This document shows positions 1 through 8,214 of a stretch of DNA of 34,881 bases, in pieces. Where the stretch lies: contig JADHWK010000021.1 of the NCBI GenBank assembly GCA_016783505.1, positions 1 to 34,881 on the forward strand. Direction: 5' to 3'. How positions within the stretch are numbered: position 1 is the stretch's first letter; the number at the start of each line of letters is the position of its first letter. Both the position numbers and the translations under genes were made by a program. This DNA is from Candidatus Zhuqueibacterota bacterium (GTDB lineage Bacteria > BS750m-G25). The notes beneath the pieces are model-generated. The model ran no database searches. It was given only the letters and a program-made list of their open reading frames with translations, and was not told where the DNA came from.

Positions 1-672
1 TTTTTTGCAGATCTCAATGTCCGTGAACCAGGCGCTTACGTAGATGACCATAATATCCGGTTTCATCCTTCGGGCCTGGGCCACAAAGTCAAACCCGTCA
101 AGCCCCACCATGCGGATGTCCGTCACAACAAGCTCCGGCCCAAATTGGCCAAAGACATTCAGGGCTTCTTGCCCATTGGCGGCCGTTCGAATGTCAAAGT
201 CCTCCATTTCAAGCATATCTTTCATGAGCTCAAGCATCTCACTCTCATCGTCCACTACCAGAATACGACGGCGTACTGGGATCTTTTGTTGGGTCTGGTC
301 CCCAGCAGGCTCTTCAACCCTCTTTTCAGGTATTGATGGTATGGTTTTTGGGGGTGTCGGGGTTTCCTGGGGCGGGCCAGGCCGCCCGAGTTTAACCCGT
401 TCTCCTATGATATCCGCTATATCCTGTGTCGGGGTTTCCCAGGCCGGGCCGCGTCGCCTGAGAGTTCTTTCCTCCCTTATCTTCTCTTCTTGTAGGACCT
501 TCTTGATGATTGTTTTTTCCTGGTAACGACGCCAGAATTGTCGTTCCCTTTCCTCCTTCTCCTCCCTTTGCTTTCTTAAAACCAGAAGGATCTGGGGAAC
601 GAGGCCGAGAAAGATCCAAAGGGTAAATCCGGAAGCGAGAAGAAAAGCTATGGATTTAACAGTATCGGACAT
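1..672 (-). CDS. Membrane-anchored response-regulator receiver (REC) protein, 3' end truncated by window edge
   Basis: Not in the ORF track; hand translation from ATG at 672 is open to position 1. It gives MSDTVKSIAFLLASGFTLWIFLGLVPQILLVL (TM), a charged helix and Pro-rich linker, then RILVVDDESEM...AANGQEAL...PELVVTDIRMVGLDG...VIYVSA (REC acidic pocket, phospho-Asp, Ser/Thr). Confidence 0.85.
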   Translation of the reverse strand, partial: MSDTVKSIAFLLASGFTLWIFLGLVPQILLVLRKQREEKEERERQFWRRYQEKTIIKKVLQEEKIREERTLRRRGPAWETPTQDIADIIGERVKLGRPGPPQETPTPPKTIPSIPEKRVEEPAGDQTQQKIPVRRRILVVDDESEMLELMKDMLEMEDFDIRTAANGQEALNVFGQFGPELVVTDIRMVGLDGFDFVAQARRMKPDIMVIYVSAWFTDIEICKK

Positions 673-864
673 GATTTCACAGCCCTAAAGAGCTTATTCA
701 TTCTCAAAATTAACAACTGCATCTTGGAACGTCATTACAAACCAAACAAAGGCAGATGGGCTAAGGGACGGCCCACGACGACATTTTCCCTTCGGGGGCA
801 TAGCCAAAAAAACATCTAATTACTAAACCGTTGTATTTTTCAGTTTGTCGTGTTTTATACCCAA

Positions 865-964
865 TGTCATTCCCGCCATGCCTGGTAGGGCAATCATTAA
901 GCGGGAACCTATTTCCAAACCTATGGATTCCTGTTAATCCCGAAGTTTCGGGACAGGAACGACA
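865..964. repeat. Degenerate REP-like element (TGTCATTCCCGC...GCGGGAA...GGATTCC...GGAACGACA) with an internal TCCCGA-N4-TCGGGA palindrome
   Basis: Terminal inverted repeat TGTCATTCC/GGAACGACA (1 mismatch); TTCCCGC/GCGGGAA stem; palindrome at 938-953. Confidence 0.6.
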
Positions 965-1083
965 GGTTTTATTCAAATGGCTAACGGTTTACGATTTTTA
1001 CAATAGTTTTGTAATTAGTGAAAACTTGTCTATATGAGTCACCCAACGTGGGAGAATTGACCCCGTTTTTGTAGCTAAACCGC

Positions 1084-1127
1084 CCTGATTAAGAGTCAGT
1101 TGCTCTGCTTGGTTGAGCTATGGACGC
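1084..1127 (-). pseudogene. Decayed 5' half of tRNA-Lys(CUU)
   Basis: Minus strand reads GCGTCCA-TA-GCTC-AACCAAGCA-GAGC-A-ACTGA-CT-CTT-AA-TCAGG. D-stem and anticodon arm are present; the D-loop GG is lost; no canonical T-arm or 3' acceptor strand. Confidence 0.7.
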
Positions 1128-1128
1128 T

Positions 1129-1204
1129 TGGTGAGGGTAGGGAGAATCGAACTCCCGACCAACGGCTTAAAAGGCCGCTGCTCTACCAGCTGAGCTATAC
1201 CCTC
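1129..1204 (-). tRNA. tRNA-Lys (anticodon UUU)
   Basis: GAGGGTATAGCTCAGCTGGTAGAGCAGCGGCCTTTTAAGCCGTTGGTCGGGAGTTCGATTCTCCCTACCCTCACCA: 76 nt, full cloverleaf, TTCGA T-loop, encoded CCA. Confidence 0.97.
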
Positions 1205-1355
1205 TTACTGAGATCAAAAATGATTCTTTCCAAATTTCATTTGAGAAAAATCCGATCAGTCCGGTATCATCAGACGGGCCTGTTGCAGAACTATCGCACA
1301 GGAATAAATTCCTATGCTAACCCTAAGAAAGTATGTTGAAACATACTGTTATTAG

Positions 1356-1371
1356 TCCCGATGCTTCGGGA
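1356..1371. repeat. Short palindrome TCCCGA-TGCT-TCGGGA (family with 938-953 and 12104-12119)
   Basis: Three intergenic copies with the same 6-bp arms and variable 4-nt loops. Confidence 0.6.
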
Positions 1372-1579
1372 CAAAATCCTAAACAAGACAATTTGGAAGG
1401 TTTTTTCCTTGCTTTTTGCGAAAGAGTCGGTAACGTTTTGAATCCGCCTGCGGCGTGACGATATTTGTGTTTTGGGTTTATTTCAATAGAACACTACAAA
1501 TTTCTTACACGGAATGAATAACATTAAAATCACAAGCAATTTAAATATAACAAAAAAAGGAGGTTTTATCAACAGAATA

Positions 1580-2857
1580 TTAATCTATCAGAATAGTTTT
1601 TTTTCGGTCTGAACCAAGGGATAGGATGTTGATTTTTACACCGAGGAGGTCTTCTAAAAAGGAGACATATCTCCGGGCCTGAACCGGTAGGTCGGGGAAG
1701 GCCCTAACTCCGGTGGTGTCATGACGCCATCCCTCAAAATCCACATACTGGGGATGGCAGGAATCAAGGATGTTGGGGTCACCGGGGAAATAGTCAAGGT
1801 TTTTCCCGTTGACCTGATAGGCCGTGCAGACCTTTATTGTTTCCAGTTGGTCGAGGACGTCCAGTTTGGTCAATGCCAGCCCGGTTACGCCGTTAATCAG
1901 GACGGAATGGCGTGTCAGGATCCCGTCAAACCAGCCGCAGCGCCTGGGTCGGCCCGTGGTGGCCCCGTATTCGTGGCCCATCTCCCTTAGCTTATCCCCA
2001 AGTTCATCCCGGACTTCGGTGGGAAAAGGGCCGTTTCCCACCCGGGTGGTGTAGGCTTTGACAACACCGACGACCCGGTTGATACGGCTGGGGGCCAGGC
2101 CCAATCCGACGCAGGCTCCCCCCGAAGTGGGATTGGAGGAGGTAACGTAGGGATAGGTGCCCATATCAACGTCCAGCAGGGTGCCCTGGGCACCCTCAAG
2201 TAGTATTTCCTCGCCTTCCTCTATGGCCTTATTTAACAGAATCGTAGTGTCGGCAAGGTAGGGCTTAAGTTTACGGGCATACTCAACATAGGATAACAGG
2301 ACCTCCTCCTCTTCCAGACCCGGGATCCCGTAAATGCGATCCAGGAGGAGATTTTTCTCCCGGATATTCCTAACTAGTTTATCCTCGAAAAGTTTGATAT
2401 TATCAAAATCCCCGATCCGAATACCCCGGCGGCTGATCTTATCCTCGTAGGCGGGGCCGATCCCCCTGCCGGTGGTGCCGATACACCCGGAACCATCCCC
2501 CCGCTCGCGGGCGGCGTCCAGCAGCTTGTGATGGGGGAGGACGAGATGGGCCCGGTCGCTGATCCAGAGCCTTCCCTCGGGGCTTATACGCCTCTTTTGG
2601 AGAAGATCAATCTCAGCCAAAAGCTCCTCCGGATCAACCACCACCCCGTGACCGATGAGGCATGTTACACAGGGATGGAGGATGCCGGTGGGGATCAGGT
2701 GCAGGATGATCTCTTCACCGTTAACCACTACCGTGTGCCCGGCGTTGGCCCCCCCTTGGTAGCGAGCCACGACATCAACGTTATCACTTAAGAAATCAAC
2801 GATCTTTCCCTTCCCCTCATCCCCCCACTGAAGACCGACAACGACGGTGACGGACAT
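1580..2857 (-). CDS. purA: Adenylosuccinate synthetase
   Basis: QWGDEGKGK, RYQGGANAGHT, EGAQG, GTYPYVTSS and GATTGRPRRCGWFD motifs; 425 aa. Confidence 0.99.
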   Translation of the reverse strand: MSVTVVVGLQWGDEGKGKIVDFLSDNVDVVARYQGGANAGHTVVVNGEEIILHLIPTGILHPCVTCLIGHGVVVDPEELLAEIDLLQKRRISPEGRLWISDRAHLVLPHHKLLDAARERGDGSGCIGTTGRGIGPAYEDKISRRGIRIGDFDNIKLFEDKLVRNIREKNLLLDRIYGIPGLEEEEVLLSYVEYARKLKPYLADTTILLNKAIEEGEEILLEGAQGTLLDVDMGTYPYVTSSNPTSGGACVGLGLAPSRINRVVGVVKAYTTRVGNGPFPTEVRDELGDKLREMGHEYGATTGRPRRCGWFDGILTRHSVLINGVTGLALTKLDVLDQLETIKVCTAYQVNGKNLDYFPGDPNILDSCHPQYVDFEGWRHDTTGVRAFPDLPVQARRYVSFLEDLLGVKINILSLGSDRKKTILID

Positions 2858-2939
2858 AATTTGAAGTTTTTGTTATTTTAATGAAATTGAAAGGCGGACA
2901 ACCAAAATCCAAACCTTGTTCTTTTTTTTATCATTCTAA

Positions 2940-3054
2940 ATGTAGCCGCAGGTCACGCCATAGGCGGATCTGCCTCAGGCACGACTTCATGCCTGCGGTC
3001 GGTTAGGTGCTCGACCGAACGGTAATTCCGCACCCATAAAGGGTGCGGCTACAT
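2940..3054. repeat. GTAG-type REP doublet (REPIN-like) with nested small repeats
   Basis: 11-bp terminal inverted repeat ATGTAGCCGCA/TGCGGCTACAT; right hairpin CCGCACCC-ATAAA-GGGTGCGG; left hairpin CGCAGG...CCTGCG interrupted by an insert. Confidence 0.7.
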
Positions 3055-3102
3055 CTATTAAATTCTCATCTTCTCAACAAACACAGTTATAGTGTAATAG
3101 AC

Positions 3103-3135
3103 AACAAAAAGCTCCGGCAGTTCTTACCGGAGCTT
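3103..3135 (-). terminator. Rho-independent terminator after secF
   Basis: Minus strand AAGCTCCGGTAAGAACTGCCGGAGC-TTTTTGTT, about 25 nt downstream of the secF stop. Confidence 0.8.
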
Positions 3136-3161
3136 ATCCTACCCCCTGTTTTGGATAGGAC

Positions 3162-4220
3162 TTAGGGTCTTCTCCCTTTTGCCTCGGCCCTTCGCTGCCA
3201 TTCCACCAGAATGGGGCTGGCCACAAAGATGGAAGAATATGTGCCCACTACCACCCCGATAAGCAGGGCGAGGGCGAAGTTGTGGATGACCTCACCCCCG
3301 AAGAGGAACAATATTACTACCACCATTAAGGTGGTCAATGAAGTAATGATCGTTCGACTTAAGGATTGATTGATGCTGGCGTTGATAATGACCTCATAGG
3401 GGTCTTTTCGCATTGCCTTTACGTTCTCCCGAATGCGGTCGAACACCACAATGGTATCGTTCAATGAATACCCCACGATGGTCAGGAAGGCGGCCACGAT
3501 GGCCAGGGAGATTTCCAGATTAAGCAGGGAGAAGATGCCCAGGGTGATGAGCACGTCGTGGAAGAGAGCGGTGATGGCGGCCAGGGAATATCTGAGGTTG
3601 AAACGGATGGAAAAGAAAACTACCAGAATAATGGAGACTACAATCAGATAGCCGATCCCGATGGTATTCCGAATAAAGGGCCAGAAGGAAAGCGCCAGGA
3701 TGATGAACAAAAGAATAATCAGTGTGATGATCCCGACAAGGGATTCCTTTTCAAACCTAAGTGAGATGTAGATGGAGATCAGGATAATGGCCCCCAGAAA
3801 GGCCAAAAGGGCGTTTCCCCGCAGCTCGCTGCCGATCTTGGGTCCCACCTTTTCGGACCTTAGCACCTGAAAGGGGTTGTCGGGAAAGGCATCTTTTAGT
3901 GTTTGTTGAATATCCTCGCGGGTTTCCATACCCCTTTCTGTTTCTTCAGCCCGGACGAGAAATTCCCCCCCGGAGCCGAACTCCTGTATTTCACTCCTCC
4001 CCAATCCGATTTTTGTCAGGGCCTCCCGAATCTGACCGACGGTCACCGGCTTATCAAACTGGATTTGCAGGAGGGTTCCCCCCTGAAAATCTATACTGTA
4101 ATTAGGACCATTATGTAAGATCAGGGAGACCAGTCCGATCAGGATCAGGGTGCCGGAGACTAAGAAGGCAAAGGTCCGTTTTCCCTGAAAGTCAATGTGG
4201 GGTTCTTTAAAAAAGCGCAT
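3162..4220 (-). CDS. secF: Protein translocase subunit SecF
   Basis: IDFQGG, VGPKIGSEL, HDVLITLG, GYSLNDTIVVFDRIRE and GTYSSIFVA motifs. Confidence 0.97.
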   Translation of the reverse strand: MRFFKEPHIDFQGKRTFAFLVSGTLILIGLVSLILHNGPNYSIDFQGGTLLQIQFDKPVTVGQIREALTKIGLGRSEIQEFGSGGEFLVRAEETERGMETREDIQQTLKDAFPDNPFQVLRSEKVGPKIGSELRGNALLAFLGAIILISIYISLRFEKESLVGIITLIILLFIILALSFWPFIRNTIGIGYLIVVSIILVVFFSIRFNLRYSLAAITALFHDVLITLGIFSLLNLEISLAIVAAFLTIVGYSLNDTIVVFDRIRENVKAMRKDPYEVIINASINQSLSRTIITSLTTLMVVVILFLFGGEVIHNFALALLIGVVVGTYSSIFVASPILVEWQRRAEAKGRRP

Positions 4221-4528
4221 AATTTAGTTATTAGGTTATTAAGTCATTAAAAAATAATTAATTTTTGCCATTTAGATTAAAATCATGTCATTAGAAGAAT
4301 AGGGATATAACAATTAACTGGAGCGGGAGTTTAACAATCGGTCAGGTCAGTCTTGTCAGTTAGGCGCCCGACCGATGTGAATTTGCAATTCTAGCCCACG
4401 ATCTTACGATCCAACAACCTAACAGCTTAATTACTTAATGACTTAATGACCAAATGACCCGATGATCTTACCAAAACCGACCTTTTACAATTAAGAACAA
4501 CATTATTAATTTTTGGGGGACACTCAAC

Positions 4529-6454
4529 TTAGATACTGAGCGTCTTGACCTCCATCCGGTCGGTCATGTAATCAAAGATCACCCGGGTGACTACCAGGGC
4601 GGTGAACATTGAGGCGATGATCCCGATCATCAGGGTGAGGGCAAACCCCTTGATGGGGCCGGTGCCGAACTGGTAGAGGACGATGCCGGCGATAAAGGTG
4701 GTCACGTTGGCGTCCAGGATGGTTCTGAAGGCCCTCGAGTAACCGTTGGCGATGGAAGCACGGATGGTCTTACCCGTACGTAGCTCCTCCCGGATACGCT
4801 CAAAGATGAGGACGTTAGCATCCACCGCTATACCGATGGTAAGGATGATGCCGGCAATTCCGGGCAGGGTCAGGGTGGCGTGGAAGCCGGCCAGGACAGC
4901 AAAGATGAAAAGGATGTTTAAAAACAGGGCCAGGTCGGCGATTAGTCCGGCTATCTTATAGTAAAAGAACATAAAGCACACCACCAGGACGAGGCCGATG
5001 ACGGCCGCGTTTTTGCCCATCCGGATGGAATCGCGTCCCAGCGAGGGTCCCACGGTTCTTTCCTCGACTATGTTTACCGGAGCCGGCAAAGCCCCGGCCC
5101 GGAGGACGATGGTCAGGTCCCTAGCTTCGTTCATGGACTCGGACCCCTCAATAATGGAGCGGCCGTCGGGGATCTTTACCTTGATGACCGGGGCCATGTA
5201 GACCTTGTTGTCCAGAATGATGGCCAGCCGTTCCCCAATGTTGGCGCCGGTTACCCGGGAGAAGATGCGGGCCCCCTTGCGGTTCATATTAAGGGCTACG
5301 ATAGGCCGCCCGGCGGTTTTGGGATCGTAACCGGAACCGATCTCCACCCGGGCCTCGGCCACAGCAGAGCCGGTTAGCTCGGGTTTGGGATTAACGACGT
5401 ATAATGTATAGTAAAGATTGCCATCCCCGAGGAGATCAGTCTTACTGGACCACAGGAATTCAGCCTCCCTCTCATAAAGTTTTCGGATATCTTCTCGTTC
5501 TATGATAGCCCGTAGGGCAGCGGCGTTCTTTTCGGGTACCTTGATGTCGTTTTGAAAACCCCGGACCAGGGCGGAGAAGGGCCGATCCTCAAAGATGCGC
5601 TCGTCCACCACCAGGGTAGCGTCTTCCCCTTTTTCGAGGGGGATCTTCGGGGTCTCCCCAAAAAGTTCCTCCACTGAGATTTCCTTGTCCTGGCTTTCCA
5701 CCGCTGGCTCCTGTTCGGCTTCCTGGGCTTTTGCGGTGTCGGGGGCTTCTTTTTCTTTAAGGGTTTCCACCGCTTCCGGGATGCCCTCTTCTCCACGCAG
5801 GACGTCGTCTATGGAGGAGATGAGATTTTGCGTATACTGGGCGGGTTTTAAAAGTTTAAACTCTAACAAGGCTGTTTTTCCGATTAGCGACTTGGCCCGG
5901 TCGGGGTCGGTTATCCCGGGGAGTTCGATGATCAACCGCCGACTTCCCTGCCTCTGGAGCAGGGGTTCGGATACCCCGAACTGGTCCACCCGGTTTCGGA
6001 GGATCTCAAGGGTGCGGTTGATAGCATCCTTGGCCTCCTTGTCAATCCAGTCCAGGATTTCTCCCTCGGTATCGCCACCCTCGTCAAAGTAACGGACCAG
6101 GTTGACCCCCGCATCCCTAAAGGTGCGGTTTAAAATAGAGAAGAAGTCCTCATCTGAGGTCGCCATCTCCCCTTCAATCTGCTCTTTCAGCCCGGAGAAT
6201 TTTTCATCCTTGTTCTTGACCAGGTTGTCAATCAGTTGGACCAGGTCAACCTCAAGCACTAAGTGCATCCCACCCTGAAGGTCCAGCCCCTGTTTGATGG
6301 TTTTGGCCTTAAGCTCCATCAACTCCGCCTGATCAAGCTCAGCCAGTTCATCCTCGCTCAGGGTGCTGTAGCGGTAGGCGGGATAGAGGAAATATAAAGA
6401 GAGGATGATGAATAGGGAAATCAGTATAATCCGAAAGGTGTAATTTCGCTTCAT
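4529..6454 (-). CDS. secD: Protein translocase subunit SecD
   Basis: GLDLQGG, RVDQFGVSEP, LRAGALPAP, VGPSLG, AVDANVLIFERIREE and GPIKGFA motifs. Confidence 0.98.
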   Translation of the reverse strand: MKRNYTFRIILISLFIILSLYFLYPAYRYSTLSEDELAELDQAELMELKAKTIKQGLDLQGGMHLVLEVDLVQLIDNLVKNKDEKFSGLKEQIEGEMATSDEDFFSILNRTFRDAGVNLVRYFDEGGDTEGEILDWIDKEAKDAINRTLEILRNRVDQFGVSEPLLQRQGSRRLIIELPGITDPDRAKSLIGKTALLEFKLLKPAQYTQNLISSIDDVLRGEEGIPEAVETLKEKEAPDTAKAQEAEQEPAVESQDKEISVEELFGETPKIPLEKGEDATLVVDERIFEDRPFSALVRGFQNDIKVPEKNAAALRAIIEREDIRKLYEREAEFLWSSKTDLLGDGNLYYTLYVVNPKPELTGSAVAEARVEIGSGYDPKTAGRPIVALNMNRKGARIFSRVTGANIGERLAIILDNKVYMAPVIKVKIPDGRSIIEGSESMNEARDLTIVLRAGALPAPVNIVEERTVGPSLGRDSIRMGKNAAVIGLVLVVCFMFFYYKIAGLIADLALFLNILFIFAVLAGFHATLTLPGIAGIILTIGIAVDANVLIFERIREELRTGKTIRASIANGYSRAFRTILDANVTTFIAGIVLYQFGTGPIKGFALTLMIGIIASMFTALVVTRVIFDYMTDRMEVKTLSI

Positions 6455-6490
6455 TTTTCAGTTTAAAATTAAGTTTGAACCACGGGGGAA

Positions 6491-6519
6491 AATATAAGGC
6501 AATTTTTCTTAAAAGTCAA
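6491..6519 (-). promoter_or_regulatory. Sigma70-type promoter for secD
   Basis: Minus strand TTGACT-N17-TATATT, about 36 nt upstream of the secD ATG. Confidence 0.6.
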
Positions 6520-6656
6520 TGTTTTTTTAAGTTCGTGTTTTCCAAAAAACTGACAGACCTGACAAAGATGACAAAAAATCTTGTCACTTTAATTTAATCA
6601 AAAAACCCTCTATTTTCAACAAAAAATCCGTTATCCAATTGTCGAAACAATGTTTT

Positions 6657-7070
6657 TTATCCAAAAGCCTTCTTGAAATCTTCGGGAACCGGGACGGGTT
6701 TGTTGTTCCCGTCCAGAAAGACCGCCGTGATCTCGGCGTCTAAAATTTCCAGGTTGCTCTTTGGGTTTCTTATCTTCTGTATCAAGGTAATGCTGCTGTT
6801 TCCAAACCTTTTGACATAGCCGCTGATCTCCAACACATCCCCCATAAAGGCCGGAGCTTTGAAATCCAGACGGGCAGACGCAACAACGAAGTAAATGCCC
6901 CTCTTGAGAAAGTATTCAAACGAAAGCCCCACCTGTTCGAGGTACTCCACCCTGGCCTGTTCCAGGTAGTTCATGTAGACGGCGTTGTTCACGTGACCGT
7001 AGAGGTCCACCTCATAAGATCGGACTTTTATGGTAGTAGTGAATCGTTTTGCCATTCGTTTATTCTTCAT
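6657..7070 (-). CDS. Acyl-CoA thioesterase, YbgC/4HBT hot-dog fold
   Basis: VRSYEVDLYGHVNNAVYMNYLEQAR signature; 137 aa. Confidence 0.9.
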   Translation of the reverse strand: MKNKRMAKRFTTTIKVRSYEVDLYGHVNNAVYMNYLEQARVEYLEQVGLSFEYFLKRGIYFVVASARLDFKAPAFMGDVLEISGYVKRFGNSSITLIQKIRNPKSNLEILDAEITAVFLDGNNKPVPVPEDFKKAFG

Positions 7071-7107
7071 CCCTTAATTTTTGGTATCAATTCAGTCCCT
7101 CAGGTCA

Positions 7108-7139
7108 CCCTGGGAGCGTAGCCTCCTATGGACCGGGCA
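7108..7139. repeat. Dispersed ~32-bp repeat (second, inverted copy at 10626-10673)
   Basis: CCCTGGGAGCGTAGCCTCCTA (21 bp) and GGACCGGGCA (10 bp) both recur reverse-complemented at 10626-10673. Confidence 0.75.
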
Positions 7140-7222
7140 GGCGAAGACACCAAGATTCACCAGCTGGCGGATTCTTTTAATAAGGGTTTAAAACCTGTGT
7201 CTTTACTTTGTGTCTTGGTGCC

Positions 7223-8068
7223 TTAGTGGCGGAGCTGTTTCAATTTTTGAATCTGCTTCTTCACCCAATCCGCTTCTTCATGGTCTGGATGGTTTAACAA
7301 AAATTTTTCGTATTCGGCAATGGCCCTTTCCTTGTCCCCGGCCTTCTGGTAGGTATAGCCGATATATTCCTCGGCCTCAACCGCCAGTTCGCTTTCCGGG
7401 TAAAGTGATAGTAATTCCCGGAATTTTCTTACCGCCTCCTCATAGAGTTTTCCCCTCAGTCGCTGGCGAGCGATCTGGAACAGGGCGTCATCGCTTTTTC
7501 CGAGATTGTTTTCAGGATCGAGGTCAACAACCTTTTGGTAGATGGCATCCGCCTTTTCCCGTTCCCTCCGGCCGGAGTATTTCTCGCCAATCTCCATTAG
7601 TAAGTCCAGACTGTCAGGACGTTCCTTTTCCGATTCCAGCAAGGCGGCCAGGGTGCCCTTCCCTTGCTGGTAGTCGCGAATCTTTTGGATGAATTCCTGG
7701 GGGGGAAAGTAACCGTACAGCCGGTCCACCTCCTGGCCGTTTGGGTCCAAATAAACGATAGTTGGATAGCCGGCAATCCGGTAATTCTGTGCCAAAATCG
7801 TATCTTCTTTGGCGTTGACCTTCAGCATGACGAAGTCTTTGGAGAATTTGATAAATTCCTCATCGGTAAAAGTGGAGTCCGCTAATCTCTGGCACCATGA
7901 ACACCGGTCGGTATAGAAATCAATCAGGATTCCCCTTCCTAACTGTTGGGCTTCCTCTATCGCTTGATCGTATGACGATGCCCAGCGGATTTCCTCAACC
8001 CCTGATTTTTGGCAGCCCCATACGGACAGTAAAATTATCAAAAGGATTATTCTATTCTCAAGCTTCAT
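7223..8068 (-). CDS. Lipoprotein with thioredoxin-like (CxxC) domain and C-terminal TPR repeats
   Basis: Lipobox VWGC; IDFYTDRCSWC and GYPT cis-Pro loop; TPR-like helices (AIYQKVVDLDPEN, ALFQIA...LLSLYPES, YIGYTY...FLLNHPD). Confidence 0.85.
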   Translation of the reverse strand: MKLENRIILLIILLSVWGCQKSGVEEIRWASSYDQAIEEAQQLGRGILIDFYTDRCSWCQRLADSTFTDEEFIKFSKDFVMLKVNAKEDTILAQNYRIAGYPTIVYLDPNGQEVDRLYGYFPPQEFIQKIRDYQQGKGTLAALLESEKERPDSLDLLMEIGEKYSGRREREKADAIYQKVVDLDPENNLGKSDDALFQIARQRLRGKLYEEAVRKFRELLSLYPESELAVEAEEYIGYTYQKAGDKERAIAEYEKFLLNHPDHEEADWVKKQIQKLKQLRH

Positions 8069-8178
8069 GTTGACCCATTTCTTAAATTTCAGAACTCATG
8101 ACAAATCAATTTTAAAGATGGCTCTTCCCACATGAAAGGGTGATTACCACCCAGCCTACACTTCATCCTTTTTACAAG

Positions 8179-8214
8179 TCCCCCATATTAAGGGGGGATT
8201 TAGGGGGGTGTTAA
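8179..8214. repeat. Left palindromic arm flanking the DUF559 gene
   Basis: TCCCCC-ATATTAA-GGGGGGA-TTTA-GGGGGGTGTTAA. Confidence 0.7.

Noticed and set aside
44-526. 160-aa plus-strand ORF, and the many other short ORFs antisense to or overlapping recognised genes
   Set aside because: Shadow frames of well-supported genes; no motifs of their own.
751-805. c-di-GMP-I riboswitch call (GGCA.A-stem-GACG resemblance)
   Set aside because: The GNRA loop, GCAAA and second-stem consensus are missing, and the resemblance is on the strand opposite to the downstream gene. Kept only as an unassigned structure.
673-1204. Prophage or integrative island at tRNA-Lys
   Set aside because: No integrase and no duplicated tRNA 3' end in the window.
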